DNA of 64,000 nucleotides from an uncultured Actinomycetota bacterium (GTDB lineage Bacteria; Actinomycetota; Actinomycetes; Propionibacteriales; Nocardioidaceae): NCBI GenBank assembly GCA_963724275.1, contig CAVRUB010000005.1, positions 8,474 to 72,473 of the forward strand, read 5' to 3'. Shown piece by piece: positions 29,985 to 39,560 of this stretch (position 1 is its first letter; each line of letters starts with the position of its first letter). The notes under the pieces were generated by a model. It saw only the letters and a program-made list of their open reading frames with translations, ran no database searches and was not told where the DNA came from. The position numbers and the translations under genes were made by a program.

Positions 29985-30250
29985 GATGCACGTCGCCGAT
30001 TCATTGCAGATGGCATTTCAACCGTGCTCACGCGTCGGACCGCGGCGGTTTCGGGATCGGTGCCAGCCGCGCGCAGCGCACGACGTTGTCTCAGCAAGTC
30101 CCAGCAGGGAATCGAGTTCGCCCTGCAGGCGCAGCAGCTTCTCCCCGTAAGCTGCTCGATCGGTTGTTTCCACCGCGCGCTTGGCGCGCAGATCCGCTCC
30201 TCGCCGACGAGGCGACGGACCGCATTCAGTATGGTCTCGCCAGTCGCCAT
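29924..30250 (-). pseudogene. DUF2630-like small helical protein, frame-disrupted
   Basis: ATG 30250 after gggag. MATGETILNAVRRLVGEE, then in another frame ADLRAKRAVETTDRAAYGEKLLRLQGELD, then back to CWDLLRQRRALRAAGTDPETAAVRRVSTVE. The CWDLLRQRRA core is what I recall of DUF2630. The true stop is uncertain. Confidence 0.45.
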
Positions 30251-30477
30251 GACACTCCCTCGTAGTTCGATGGCTGGGAACGACCGGTCTCGCGACTAGG
30301 GCAGGTTCCGGGGATTCCTGGTTCGAGGACCGATGCCGTGGACCGGGTTTGTTTGTGCGACGAACCTCCGGCCACTGCGCAGCCTGTTCGTGTCTGTGTA
30401 GGCATCGCGTCGTCCTTCGCGTTGGCATCGGGTGTAGCGGCCATCGAGGTCAGCCCCGGGGCGCCTCCCGGGCCCGC

Positions 30478-31143
30478 CTACCGGTCGCTGCTGAAGATGT
30501 TGAGCAAAGACAGGAAGATGTTCACGATCGAGACGAAGATGCCGGTCGCCAGGAGCACGGCGTCGTCATCCGTGCCATGTCGTCGCAGGTAATTGAGGTC
30601 GACGAGGATGCACACAGCGGAGACACCGGCGATTGCGAGGCTCAGAAGTGGACTTCCCCCGTTCCCGAACAGGAAGAGCACCAAAGAGACAACGACAAGT
30701 CCGAAAATCACGAACGTCAACGGGCGAATCCAAGAGGTGAGGTCCTTGCCGAGCGCAAGGCCGCCGGCACCCATCGCGGCGACGACCAACGCGGTCGTGA
30801 TCGCGGCATCGGAGATCGCGACCGGATCGGCCGACGCGTAGTGGGCCAGAACCGGTCCGACGCTGAGGCCGATCATCGCGCCGACGGCAAAGAGCCATCC
30901 GACGGCGAGTGGACCGACGCGGAACCGCTGTCCCCCGACCGCCTGGAGGAGAAGCATGCCGAACGCGACGAACGTGAGCGTGATCGCGACGCCCGGGGAG
31001 AGGTCACGTCCTACGAAGACGCCGATGGCGAGGAATCCGATGGCAGCAGAAACGAGACCCATCACTCGCCCCAGCAGCGATACGGTGCTCGCGCTGAAGT
31101 AGCGAGGATTAGTGTTGGTGTCATTCGGGGTGGTTGTCATCAC
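30478..31143 (-). CDS. Bax inhibitor-1/YccA family membrane protein
   Basis: 221 aa with seven hydrophobic segments. The C-terminal end, VDLNYLRRHGTDDDAVLLATGIFVSIVNIFLSLLNIF, is typical of BI-1/YccA proteins. Confidence 0.85.
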   Translation of the reverse strand: MMTTTPNDTNTNPRYFSASTVSLLGRVMGLVSAAIGFLAIGVFVGRDLSPGVAITLTFVAFGMLLLQAVGGQRFRVGPLAVGWLFAVGAMIGLSVGPVLAHYASADPVAISDAAITTALVVAAMGAGGLALGKDLTSWIRPLTFVIFGLVVVSLVLFLFGNGGSPLLSLAIAGVSAVCILVDLNYLRRHGTDDDAVLLATGIFVSIVNIFLSLLNIFSSDR

Positions 31144-31362
31144 TCCAGCGTCACCGCCCGGACGCGTGATCGCGCCCGGATAGACACGGGCGCTCCCCCG
31201 GGTCTAGCTGCAGCAGTCCCACGGTGTCACTACGGGGCCGCCCGGGGCAGCGTGGGGTCGTACCTGCGAGCTCACACTCAATCTTGCTCCATCGAGGCAG
31301 AGCCCGTTGGCCCGACACCGCTCAAGACGGCATTCCACGAAGCAGCATCGCCTGAGCGTCGT

Positions 31363-31850
31363 CTCATGAGGCCTGTTCGCCTTCGGGGTGGGCGAGCACC
31401 TTGTCGATGACCGTGCCCATGACCTCGGTCTGGTGGGGGGCAGCGCACTGAAAACGAGCCGGCGGATCGTAGCCATATGCGCTGGAACTGCCCGGCCGAT
31501 CGTTTTTGCGGCGGTGACCACGACCCACGCGCTACGGCCTCGTCGAGACACTCCCCCGCTGGACCCCCGCCGCTCCATGCGGGTGAGGTGATGAGACAGC
31601 TGGCTGCGCTCCCAGCTCAACCCGTGCGCCAGTTCCGTGACCCGCACCCGGCCCTCGGAATCGTCTGTCAGGTGCGCGAGACATCGAAGTCCGGCAAGGA
31701 CAGGTCGGCGTGTGTCTGCAGCTCACGGTGCAGCACTGCGGGCAGCAAGGCGCTCACCCGGAGCCAACGCCGCCACAGCCGCTCGGCATCCGCGGCCGAG
31801 GTGGTGCGGCGGAGGTGTGGCCTTGGCGGCGTGGCCGCACGTCTGTGCAA
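31363..31850 (-). pseudogene. MarR-family transcriptional regulator, several frame changes
   Basis: Pieces: LPAVLHRELQTHADLSLPDFDV (ORF 31668..31850), RVTELAHGLSWERSQLSHHLTRMERRG...AHMATIRRLVF (ORF 31204..31647), and by hand HQTEVMGTVIDKVLAHPEGEQAS-stop (stop at 31363-31365). Confidence 0.65.
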
Positions 31851-33102
31851 GGAGACGGACCTGCCACCGCAGTCAATCGGCGCGGTTGGGCCAACGCGCC
31901 CGGTATCAAAATGTTCAAAAACGCGAACTGGTCACTCGCGCGATCCCGCTTCGCGTCCGGGACTCTGCGGACCCACTGCCTGGCGGGACCTCGTCCTCAG
32001 CGTCCCGACGGGGGTCGCGGTTCCAGCGAAGGTCGGCCGAGACCGAGCGGCTGTCGCCGTGGAGTCTGCAGAGGGGAAGATCGGGGGGTCTTGAGAGGCG
32101 GAACGGTCAACTGGTCGCGTCCACGGCGGTTGCAGCGGCCGTTCGGGCGAGTCAATTTGCGGGTCACAGGCACGAAGACGTGAAGCGCGTCAACCGCCGC
32201 GTCGGCACCAAGTTCCTCTCGCTCGGAGGGGACGTAGGTCATATCGGGTTCGTTCCCTCTGCTCTACGCCAACCGCGCGACTAGGCGGGCCCAGGGGTGG
32301 CGAGCTCCGAGCGTTTGATCTAGTTACCACGCTGCTCCGGAGTCCGGCGTTCTCGCGCCCGTCTACACTGGCGGATGCCCCGGGTTCGACACCGCCCTGT
32401 GCGACCCGGTCCACCTCCATGGTCGGCCTGGGCGGCCGAGGCAGCACAGATTCCGGCGAGTGATGTCGAGCGTCGAGTGAATACACCCCCTGTGCACCTG
32501 GCGGTGCCGCGGTGGAAAGTTCGCGGTTCACCACGACGTCGCCCCGACGAATGCGGGAGTGGCACTGTCGTGAGAATGGACCGCCACCACGCCAACGGCA
32601 AGCAGCACCGCAAGAATCGCAACGATCGCGATCTTCATCCGGGTGCGTCGAGATAGGCGGCGCCGGGCGACGGGCGACCTGGCAGCGCCTGAACTGTCGG
32701 GCGTGGGAACCGCGGACAACGAGCTCATCATTTGTCCCTTCGATGAACGGGAAAGCGTGTTCCCAACTTCCATGCCTCAGGGCACGGTTCGCGCCCGGGA
32801 AGACACTGGTCGGTCGACGGGTTTAGGGGTCCGCCATGTTGGAGCAGCCAAGCCTTTCGGATTAAAGGCGATGGAGAGTTTGCTCGTTCAGGCTCGGGCC
32901 CCGTGTGAGTTGTTGGCGGTGTTGGCGACCTCGGGGAAGCAACCATTCCGGGAAGGCAGTGATGCCTTTGCGACCGGCGTGTACCTCCAACACTCGGACC
33001 AGTGGGCGGACCGGGGACTTCCCGGGCGCGACGTTTCGACGGCAAGACGAGGGTCTCCCCCATCCCCAGATCACGCTGGTGGGTGATTCCAAAGGAGATC
33101 CA

Positions 33103-34254
33103 ATGAACGAGTCTGCTCGCGCACTCGCGCCGGACGGCGGCAGGAACACGCCTCCGAAGTTGAGGCGCCAACTGTCACGTTTCGTCGCTGTCGCTGGTGC
33201 TGCTGCCATCAGTCTTGCCGGCGTCGCGCTGCTCGGCACCACATCGCCGTCAACCCACACCGTTGATGCCACTTCCTCGACGGCAAACGAACGCGACGTC
33301 AGCGGTATCGGGCTCGTCTCGACGGCGCCGAACCTTCCGCCTGGCTTCAGGGCTATTTTCAAGGACCGGTTCGTGCAGGCGAACGGCATTCGTCAGCATG
33401 CAGTGATCGGAGGCGACGGTCCGCCCCTACTGCTCGTTCACGGCTGGCCCGAGAACTGGTACGCATGGCGCAAGGTCATGCCGGAACTGGCCAAGGACTA
33501 CACGGTCATCGCCGTCGACCAGCGCGGCATCGGCCGGACGGAGAAGACCGCAGGCGGGTACGACGCGGGCACCCTCGCCGACGACTTGGCTGCGTTGATG
33601 ACGCGGCTCGGTCACGACCGGTTCGCCGTCGTCGGCCACGACACCGGCGCGGTGGTCTCCTATGCGCTGGCTGCCGACTACCGCAACCGCGTGGAGAGCC
33701 TCGCGTTTGCCGAGATCCCCGGGCCTCCCGGAGTCGGCGACCTCAGCCAGCCCCCGGCGCCGCCAATGTTCGTGCCCGAACAGCTCAACGACAAGCTGTG
33801 GCACATTCCGTTCAACAGAGTCGACGACAGACTGATCCTCGACATGGTCAGTAGCAACGCGGACGCCTACTACCGCTATGAGTACTCCATCCAGGGCGGC
33901 GGCGAGACTTTGTCTGACGCGGCCATCGCCTACTACATCAAGCTCTACACCCGAAACAGGGACGTCTTGCGGGCGAGCTTCGGGCTCTATCGCGCCTGGG
34001 ACGCCACCCTGAACCAGAACCGAAATGTGCGTCAGACAACGAAGTTGACGATCCCGGTCCTCGGTATCGGTGGAGAGAACAGCTGGGGCGACTTTGTCGG
34101 CCACGGCATGGAGCTCACGGCAACCGACGTGACGACCGTTGTCCTCAACGACTCCGGTCACTGGGTCGCCGAGCAGGCACCCCGGCAGCTGGTCAAGGTG
34201 CTGACGGAGTTCCTTGCACCGTACCGCGCTGAAGCTGTCGATCGCGTCCACTGA
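33103..34254 (+). CDS. alpha/beta hydrolase paralogue with N-terminal signal/anchor extension
   Basis: ATG 33103 after aaaggag. N-terminal end RRQLSRFVAVAGAAAISLAGVALLG. The body is collinear with the duplicated hydrolase (LLLVHGWPENWYAWRKVMPELAKDYTVIAVDQRG, VVGHDTGAVVSYALAADY, SGHWVAEQAP). Confidence 0.9.
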   Translation: MNESARALAPDGGRNTPPKLRRQLSRFVAVAGAAAISLAGVALLGTTSPSTHTVDATSSTANERDVSGIGLVSTAPNLPPGFRAIFKDRFVQANGIRQHAVIGGDGPPLLLVHGWPENWYAWRKVMPELAKDYTVIAVDQRGIGRTEKTAGGYDAGTLADDLAALMTRLGHDRFAVVGHDTGAVVSYALAADYRNRVESLAFAEIPGPPGVGDLSQPPAPPMFVPEQLNDKLWHIPFNRVDDRLILDMVSSNADAYYRYEYSIQGGGETLSDAAIAYYIKLYTRNRDVLRASFGLYRAWDATLNQNRNVRQTTKLTIPVLGIGGENSWGDFVGHGMELTATDVTTVVLNDSGHWVAEQAPRQLVKVLTEFLAPYRAEAVDRVH

Positions 34255-34503
34255 CACCCCGCGGTGGACGTCCGTGCAGCGGGGACCGACCAGGCATCCA
34301 GCCGGCCGGTTCCCGCTGTGCGTGCATTCGGGTCAAGGATGCACCAGTGGCTTCGCAGGCGACGCGCATCTGCCGGTCCGAGGACGCTCCCGGCCGCGCC
34401 GTCCAACCTGGCGTTTCACGCCGAGGCCGGGTCCGTCAGGTGGACGGACGGTCCTCCCGTGGTAGCGCAGAAGTTCGAGCTATGAATGCCCCGCCGAGCG
34501 CTC

Positions 34504-35400
34504 TCAGCGCATCCTGCGGATCGGCGATGGCCGGGACTGGGATCGATGTGCATGCGAGCGGACGAACGCGATCGGACCTTCCGTCTCGCGTACAACTTCG
34601 CCGTCCAAGGAGGCGACTAACGCACTGTGGATCCGTCCGCGGCGGTAGCCGCCAACCACTACCAGAGCTGCTCCTTGCAGATCTTCGGCGAGTGGGAGGC
34701 AGAGGCGACCAGCGACCAGCGGTCGGCGCACCAGACTCGTTGCGACGTCGGGAAAGGCCCGCGACCAACGCTGAACCGTCCCCGCGGCATCCGTGAGACT
34801 TGTGTCAGCCAGGATCGCAGTTAGGCCCACCCGCCTACGGCTGGCCGTCCGCAGAGCGAAGATGACCGCTTCGAAGGCGCCATCCAGATCATCCACGACG
34901 ACGACGATCTTGCCGGTAGATGGGGCGATGGCGGACATCCTCCCTGGAGTCCGCACCAGCACTACCGGTGTTGTTGAGCGACGCGCCACCTGCCAACTAA
35001 CTGACCACGGCGTCGGTCTCAACCAGCCCACGGGGCTACGTCTGCCAATCACTAGCAGATCGCCAGGCTGGCGCGCCTGCAGGAAGTGGTTTGCGACCGA
35101 GCCGGCTTCGACCTCGGTGGTGACGCGTAGGGTAGTAGAGATCTGGAACGCTCGGTCTTCGCCCTCTTCAACGAGAATGCGGGCGGCGTCGTGATCGTCG
35201 GTGGCCCACTGGTTGACCACGACATAACCGCAGGCATCCCAGGCGAACGTTGGCCAGTTGAAGACGTGCATGATGCGAAGCGGGCATCCCTGTGCCGAAG
35301 CCTCCAAAGTAGCCCATCGCAGCGCCTCCCATCCGGGAGGTCGACCATCGATCCCGACGAGGATGGATGTCGGGCCCACATCCGCTGGTTTGGATCTCAC
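34504..35400 (-). CDS. tandem universal stress protein (UspA) domain protein
   Basis: 298 aa with two Usp-like halves (ILVGIDGRPPGWEALRWA...LLVIGRR...VVLVR, and KIVVVVDDLDGAFEAV...LVVVGGYRRG...PIAFV). The start overlaps the sigma-factor stop by 4 nt. Confidence 0.8.
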   Translation of the reverse strand: MRSKPADVGPTSILVGIDGRPPGWEALRWATLEASAQGCPLRIMHVFNWPTFAWDACGYVVVNQWATDDHDAARILVEEGEDRAFQISTTLRVTTEVEAGSVANHFLQARQPGDLLVIGRRSPVGWLRPTPWSVSWQVARRSTTPVVLVRTPGRMSAIAPSTGKIVVVVDDLDGAFEAVIFALRTASRRRVGLTAILADTSLTDAAGTVQRWSRAFPDVATSLVRRPLVAGRLCLPLAEDLQGAALVVVGGYRRGRIHSALVASLDGEVVRETEGPIAFVRSHAHRSQSRPSPIRRMR

Positions 35401-35996
35401 GCGGCGTCCTCGGCGTCCGCTGCGGCGGTTCTTGTCGAGCGAGTCAGACGGACCTCAGTCGCTCGATGGGCGAGAGCCACCCGCATTTGGGCGCGTCCGC
35501 GATGGATGCGGCTTCGAGCCGTCCCGAGTTGGATGCGCAAGGTCGACGCGACCTCGAGGTATGACAACCCCTGCAGATCACGCAGCAAGACCGCCGCGGG
35601 ATGACCCGGAGGCAGGCTAGCCAGGGCTGCTGTCACGTCTCCGTCTAGTGTCCTCACGTCCAACGCCTCGTCGGGTCGAAGTTCAACGCTCACGAGAGAC
35701 TCGGCCAGGCTCACCGGCAGCGAAGATTGAGGCCTGCGCCGTCGGCGACGTGCCGAGTCGATGAACAAGTTCGTCGTGACGCGGTGTAGCCAGGCGTCTA
35801 CGGAAACCGGGGCCGTCGCGGCTAGGTGCTCAAAAGCTCGGATGAAGACCTCTTGAGCAAGGTCCTCAGCCTCGAAATGGTCCCCCGTAAGGCGGTGCGC
35901 GTGGCGGTGAACCTGGGGAAGGTGTTCTTGAACCAGTTCCACCCATTCCGCCGAAGTGAGGACGCCGTCCGAGCGGACTTCGCTTGAATCGTTCAT
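35397..35996 (-). CDS. ECF RNA polymerase sigma factor
   Basis: 199 aa. HRLTGDHFEAEDLAQEVFIRAF (region 2), WLHRVTTNLFIDSARRRRR, and AAVLLRDLQGLSYLEVASTLRIQLGTARSRIHRGRAQMRVAL (region 4). Confidence 0.85.
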   Translation of the reverse strand: MNDSSEVRSDGVLTSAEWVELVQEHLPQVHRHAHRLTGDHFEAEDLAQEVFIRAFEHLAATAPVSVDAWLHRVTTNLFIDSARRRRRRPQSSLPVSLAESLVSVELRPDEALDVRTLDGDVTAALASLPPGHPAAVLLRDLQGLSYLEVASTLRIQLGTARSRIHRGRAQMRVALAHRATEVRLTRSTRTAAADAEDAA

Positions 35997-36268
35997 CGAG
36001 ATTGCCTCCGAAGCTGGGGGATCTCAGCGTCGTTCGAACCGGCTTTCGTCGCACCCGTGGATGACCCCGGTCTCGGTCGTGCCACTGGCCTGCAGCCCCT
36101 GGCGGTTCCCCGTCGCCGGGCCAGGGGACCCCCGGGCGCGAACGAAGAGGTCATCGACCCACGCTGCTGTCTCCTACCCACGCGTGGTGGGAGACCGGTC
36201 ATGGCCAGCGCCCCGTTGGGGAGCCTGCGAGCGGTTCGAAAAGCACCAACAATCCACACGGAGGACTC

Positions 36269-37274
36269 ATGTCAACCTTTACTGATACCGACTCGCCCGC
36301 ACCGATCGTCCCCACCTTTTCCCGTCGACGCCGAGCAACGCCGGAGCCGACCGACGTCGCCGGTGCCGGAGACAGCGAAGGGCCCTGAAGTGCCGGACGA
36401 GGGTTACGTACTCGACGAACTGGCCGACGGCATCTTCTGGATTGGCGACGGAAGCTACCAGACGATGTTCGTGGTCACTGACGAGGGTGTGATCGCAATC
36501 GACGCGCCACCCACCCTCGGTCACAACATCCTGCGCGCCATCAACCGGGTGACCAAGCAGCCCATCACGCACGTGGTCTACAGCCACCACCACTCCGACC
36601 ACTGCGGAGCCATGTCCATCTACCCCGAGAGCGCCACTCGCTACGCGCACCGTGCTGCCGCTCAGCGGCTGGAGCTCCTGGGTGACCCTGATCGACCTCT
36701 GCCCACCGAGGTGTTCGACGACGCCGTCACCATCGAAGCCGGCGACCACAGCCTCCAATTGACCTACCCGGGCCCCAACCACAGTGAGGGCAACAGCTTC
36801 ATCTACGCCCCGAAGCAAAGGGTGCTGATGCTGGTCGACGTCATCTTCCCGGGCTGGGTACCGTTCTCGAACCTGGCCTTGTCCGCCTTTGTGCCGGGCT
36901 ACATCAAAGTTCACGAACAGGCCCTCACCTTCGATTTCGAAGCCTTGTCAGCGGCCATGTGACCCGCCCGGGTACCTCCGAGGACGTTCGCGTGCAGCTC
37001 GAGTACATGACCGACCTCCGGCTCACCGCCGAGGCTGCGTTGTCCAGCGTCGACCTCGCCAAGACCATGGGCCCCGTCGACACCTCAAACGCCTGGGCGG
37101 TCTTCAGGGCATACCTGGACGCCGTTGCAGCCCAAACCACCGACGAACTCGTGCCGCGGTGGAAGGACCGACTCGGGGGCGCCGACGTCTTCACCTTTCC
37201 GAACGCCTGGGCAATGGCCGAATCGTTGCGCTTTGGACCTCAACTCCCTCGGTCCTTTCGGCACTACCCCCTAG
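36269..37274 (+). pseudogene. MBL-fold metallo-hydrolase, at least three frame changes
   Basis: ATG 36269 after ggagga gives MSTFTDTDSPAPIVPTFSRRRRA... in one frame. The main body is in ORF 36057..36962 (VIAIDAPPTLG...HVVYSHHHSDHCG...YPGPNHSEGNSFIY). The tail is in ORF 36959..37366 (GTSEDVRVQLEYMTDL...). An extra c relative to arm 1 shifts the last 15 codons; the stop expected from arm 1 is at 37272-37274. Confidence 0.75.
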
Positions 37275-38377
37275 CCCTCGACTGGTCCTTTCGCCCGGTC
37301 AGCCCGGTACTGGGCCAGGGTGCTCCCTGGCGCGAGCTCGGAGCGGCGAGAGCCAGGGTGCAGTAGACGGCACCGCCCCGGTGCCGACTGTTCAGAGATG
37401 CTTGAGAAAGGAACTTCTCATGACCGCAAGTACGTCGTACCCGGAGATTGTGGCGCTCGGCTCGGTCTCGCAGGCCCCTGATCTGCCGGACGGATTCACG
37501 ACGACCTTCAAGAGCCAGTGGATTGACGCGAACGGCATCCGTCAGCACGCGGTAGTCGGTGGGGACGGACCCGCTGTGCTGCTGGTGCACGGTTGGCCAG
37601 AGAGTTGGTATGCCTGGCGGCACGTGATGCCGGAGCTCGCGAAGCAATGCACCGTTGTCGCCGTCGACCAGCGCGGTATGGGCCTGACCGACAAGCCCGC
37701 GGATGGATACGACGCCGCCACGCTTGCCACCGACCTGGCGGCGCTCATGCGCGAGCTGGGCCACGAACGATTCGCAGTCGTCGGCCACGACACCGGCCTG
37801 GTGGTCAGCTATGCACTCGCAGCGGACTACCCCGACCGGGTGGATCGGGTGGTGCTCGCCGAGGTCCCCGGGCCTCCGACGCCGGACCACTCGCCGCCGC
37901 TCTTCACCCCGCGGCAGGTCAACAACAAGCTCTGGCACATTGCCTTCAACCGAGCCGGCGAGATTGCCGAACAGCTCGTCGAAGGCCGCGAGGCGATCTT
38001 CTTCGGTTATGAGTTCGCCATCCAGGGTGGCCAGGTCCCTCAAGCGGCCATCGACTACTACGTCGAGGGCCTCTCGACTCCCGGCGCATTGTCGGGAAGC
38101 TTCGGGTTCTATCGGGCCTGGGACGAGACGATGGCACAGAACGGCGAGCGAGGCGCCCGCAAGCTCACGATGCCGGTCCTCGGTATCGGTGGCGAAGCGA
38201 GTTGGGGCGGAGCCGTCGGCGGTGCCTTGTCGGCGGTTGCCGAGGACGTCGAGACCCTGGTCGTCCCCGGGACCGGTCACTGGGTCGCCGAGGCGGCACC
38301 GGAGGCACTGCTCGCTGCGCTGACAAAGTTCCTGGCTCCGCTCGGCGCCCCCATCGAGTCCCAGATCGCGGGCTAGC
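37100..38377. repeat. 1.28-kb inverted repeat, arm 2
   Basis: Reverse complement of 28110..29386. Here it is contiguous with the full MBL gene on one side. On the other side it ends 1 nt after the hydrolase stop, against an IS256 remnant. Confidence 0.9.
37420..38376 (+). CDS. alpha/beta hydrolase, copy 2 (protein identical to 28111..29067)
   Basis: The same 318-aa translation appears in the ORF track. ATG 37420 after aaggaa. Confidence 0.9.
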   Translation: MTASTSYPEIVALGSVSQAPDLPDGFTTTFKSQWIDANGIRQHAVVGGDGPAVLLVHGWPESWYAWRHVMPELAKQCTVVAVDQRGMGLTDKPADGYDAATLATDLAALMRELGHERFAVVGHDTGLVVSYALAADYPDRVDRVVLAEVPGPPTPDHSPPLFTPRQVNNKLWHIAFNRAGEIAEQLVEGREAIFFGYEFAIQGGQVPQAAIDYYVEGLSTPGALSGSFGFYRAWDETMAQNGERGARKLTMPVLGIGGEASWGGAVGGALSAVAEDVETLVVPGTGHWVAEAAPEALLAALTKFLAPLGAPIESQIAG

Positions 38378-38815
38378 TGTCTCGTCCAGGCCGGCGCAGA
38401 TCCGAGAGACCTCCGACTTGGAGATGCCTGAGTCGATGCCGAGCGCGGCGACAGGTCATCGACGCTCCTGGTCGAGACGCAGTGGACGTAGGCCTCCATC
38501 ACCCCCGCGTACAGCGCCTGGTCGATCCGGCGCCGCGGTTCGAGGATCGTGGGGAAGAACGAGCCCTTACGCAGCTTGGGGATCCGCAGCTCGACGTCAC
38601 CGGCCTTGGTCGAGATCAACTTCGCTCGGCTGCCGTTTGCGATCGGTGACCCGGGACTCGGTGCGCTCATAGGGCGCGGCACGAATCCGCTCGGTTGCTT
38701 CGGCCTCGATCAACTCCTGCAACACCAGGTGGACCGATTCACGGATCAGATCCACGCCGTCACCGGCACGGAACGCCTCGAGCAGCTCAGACAGGGCAGA
38801 CTGGGGTAGGGCCAT
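38378..38815 (-). pseudogene. IS256-family transposase, N-terminal ~145 codons only, one frameshift
   Basis: MALPQSALSELLEAFRAGDGVDLIRESVHLVLQELIEAEATERI... (ORF 38597..39031), then NGSRAKLISTKAGDVELRIPKLRKGSFFPTILEPRRRIDQALYAGVMEAYVHCVSTRSVDDL (ORF 37264..38682 N-terminal end), then by hand VAALGIDSGISKSEVSRICAGLDETAS. It is cut off at the inverted-repeat boundary. Confidence 0.8.
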
Positions 38816-38975
38816 CGGTGGACTCCTCTTCGATGGTGCTTGGCCGTTCACACCGAAGATCTCGCCGATGGCCCCTCTACGTACGGAGCCCCGCCGTCCT
38901 ACCTCAAACCCCACCACTCCCGGGAACGCTCCCCCCGACGCCCAACTCGGCCGCACAGATTCATCTGCTCGGGTG

Positions 38976-39232
38976 ACTACTGAGAAGATCCTCGCGGTCG
39001 GCAAGACGGCGACCGACGTCCTCGCCTTCACCTCGTGTTCTCCAAAGAAGTCGGCGCGAGATCTGGTTCAACAACCCCCGAGAAGAAGACTGACCGCGAG
39101 ATCCGCCGCCGCACCGACGTGGGCATCCTCCCGCGACCGCACCTGTGCGATCCACCCTTCTCGGCGTGGTCCTGGCCGAGCAGCACGACGATTGAGCCGA
39201 AGGCCGCCGCCACCTCGGCCTCGACGTCCTAG
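38976..39232 (+). pseudogene. IS256-family transposase, C-terminal remnant, heavily indel-ridden
   Basis: DVLAFTS.. / FSKEV.. / ..TPEKKTDREIRRRTDVGILPRP.. / ..LAEQHDD read across three frames. Compare the conserved IS256 tail LAF..FP.E.W..I.S.NP.ER.N.EI.RRT.VVGIFP....RL.GAVL.EQ.DEW. Confidence 0.6.
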
Positions 39233-39560
39233 CCCCTCCTCCATGACCCTGATCCGACCAGTGCAACGACGAGAAGGAACTGACACCCGCTGCACTCACT
39301 GGTTGGAGTGCAGTCACCGGATCGCGCGGTCACGCCTGCATCTACCGCGACGAAATTGGCCTTGACCTCCGATTGGCGGCAGTGGAAGGCTTCATGAGCC
39401 CCCGACGCCTTGCCGGGGCTCGGACGCATCTGGTGGACGGCGATGACAGAGAATCCGAGGGCGTATGTCAGCGGGGGCGTTGAGCGGGTGCCCGACCCTG
39501 GGGGCAGCGGACCGAAGGAAACCCGGACTCTGTCCACGGTCGGCGCACCGGACCATTCCG

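Noticed and set aside
32375-32400. tRNA-like T-arm string gggttcgacacc
   Set aside because: No complementary T-stem, acceptor stem or anticodon arm can be drawn around it. No tRNA was found anywhere in the window.
32190-32773. Possible small membrane protein (MKIAIVAILAVLLAVGVVAV...) on the minus strand
   Set aside because: Only the single hydrophobic segment looks real. The continuation needs a frame change and then has no recognisable features.
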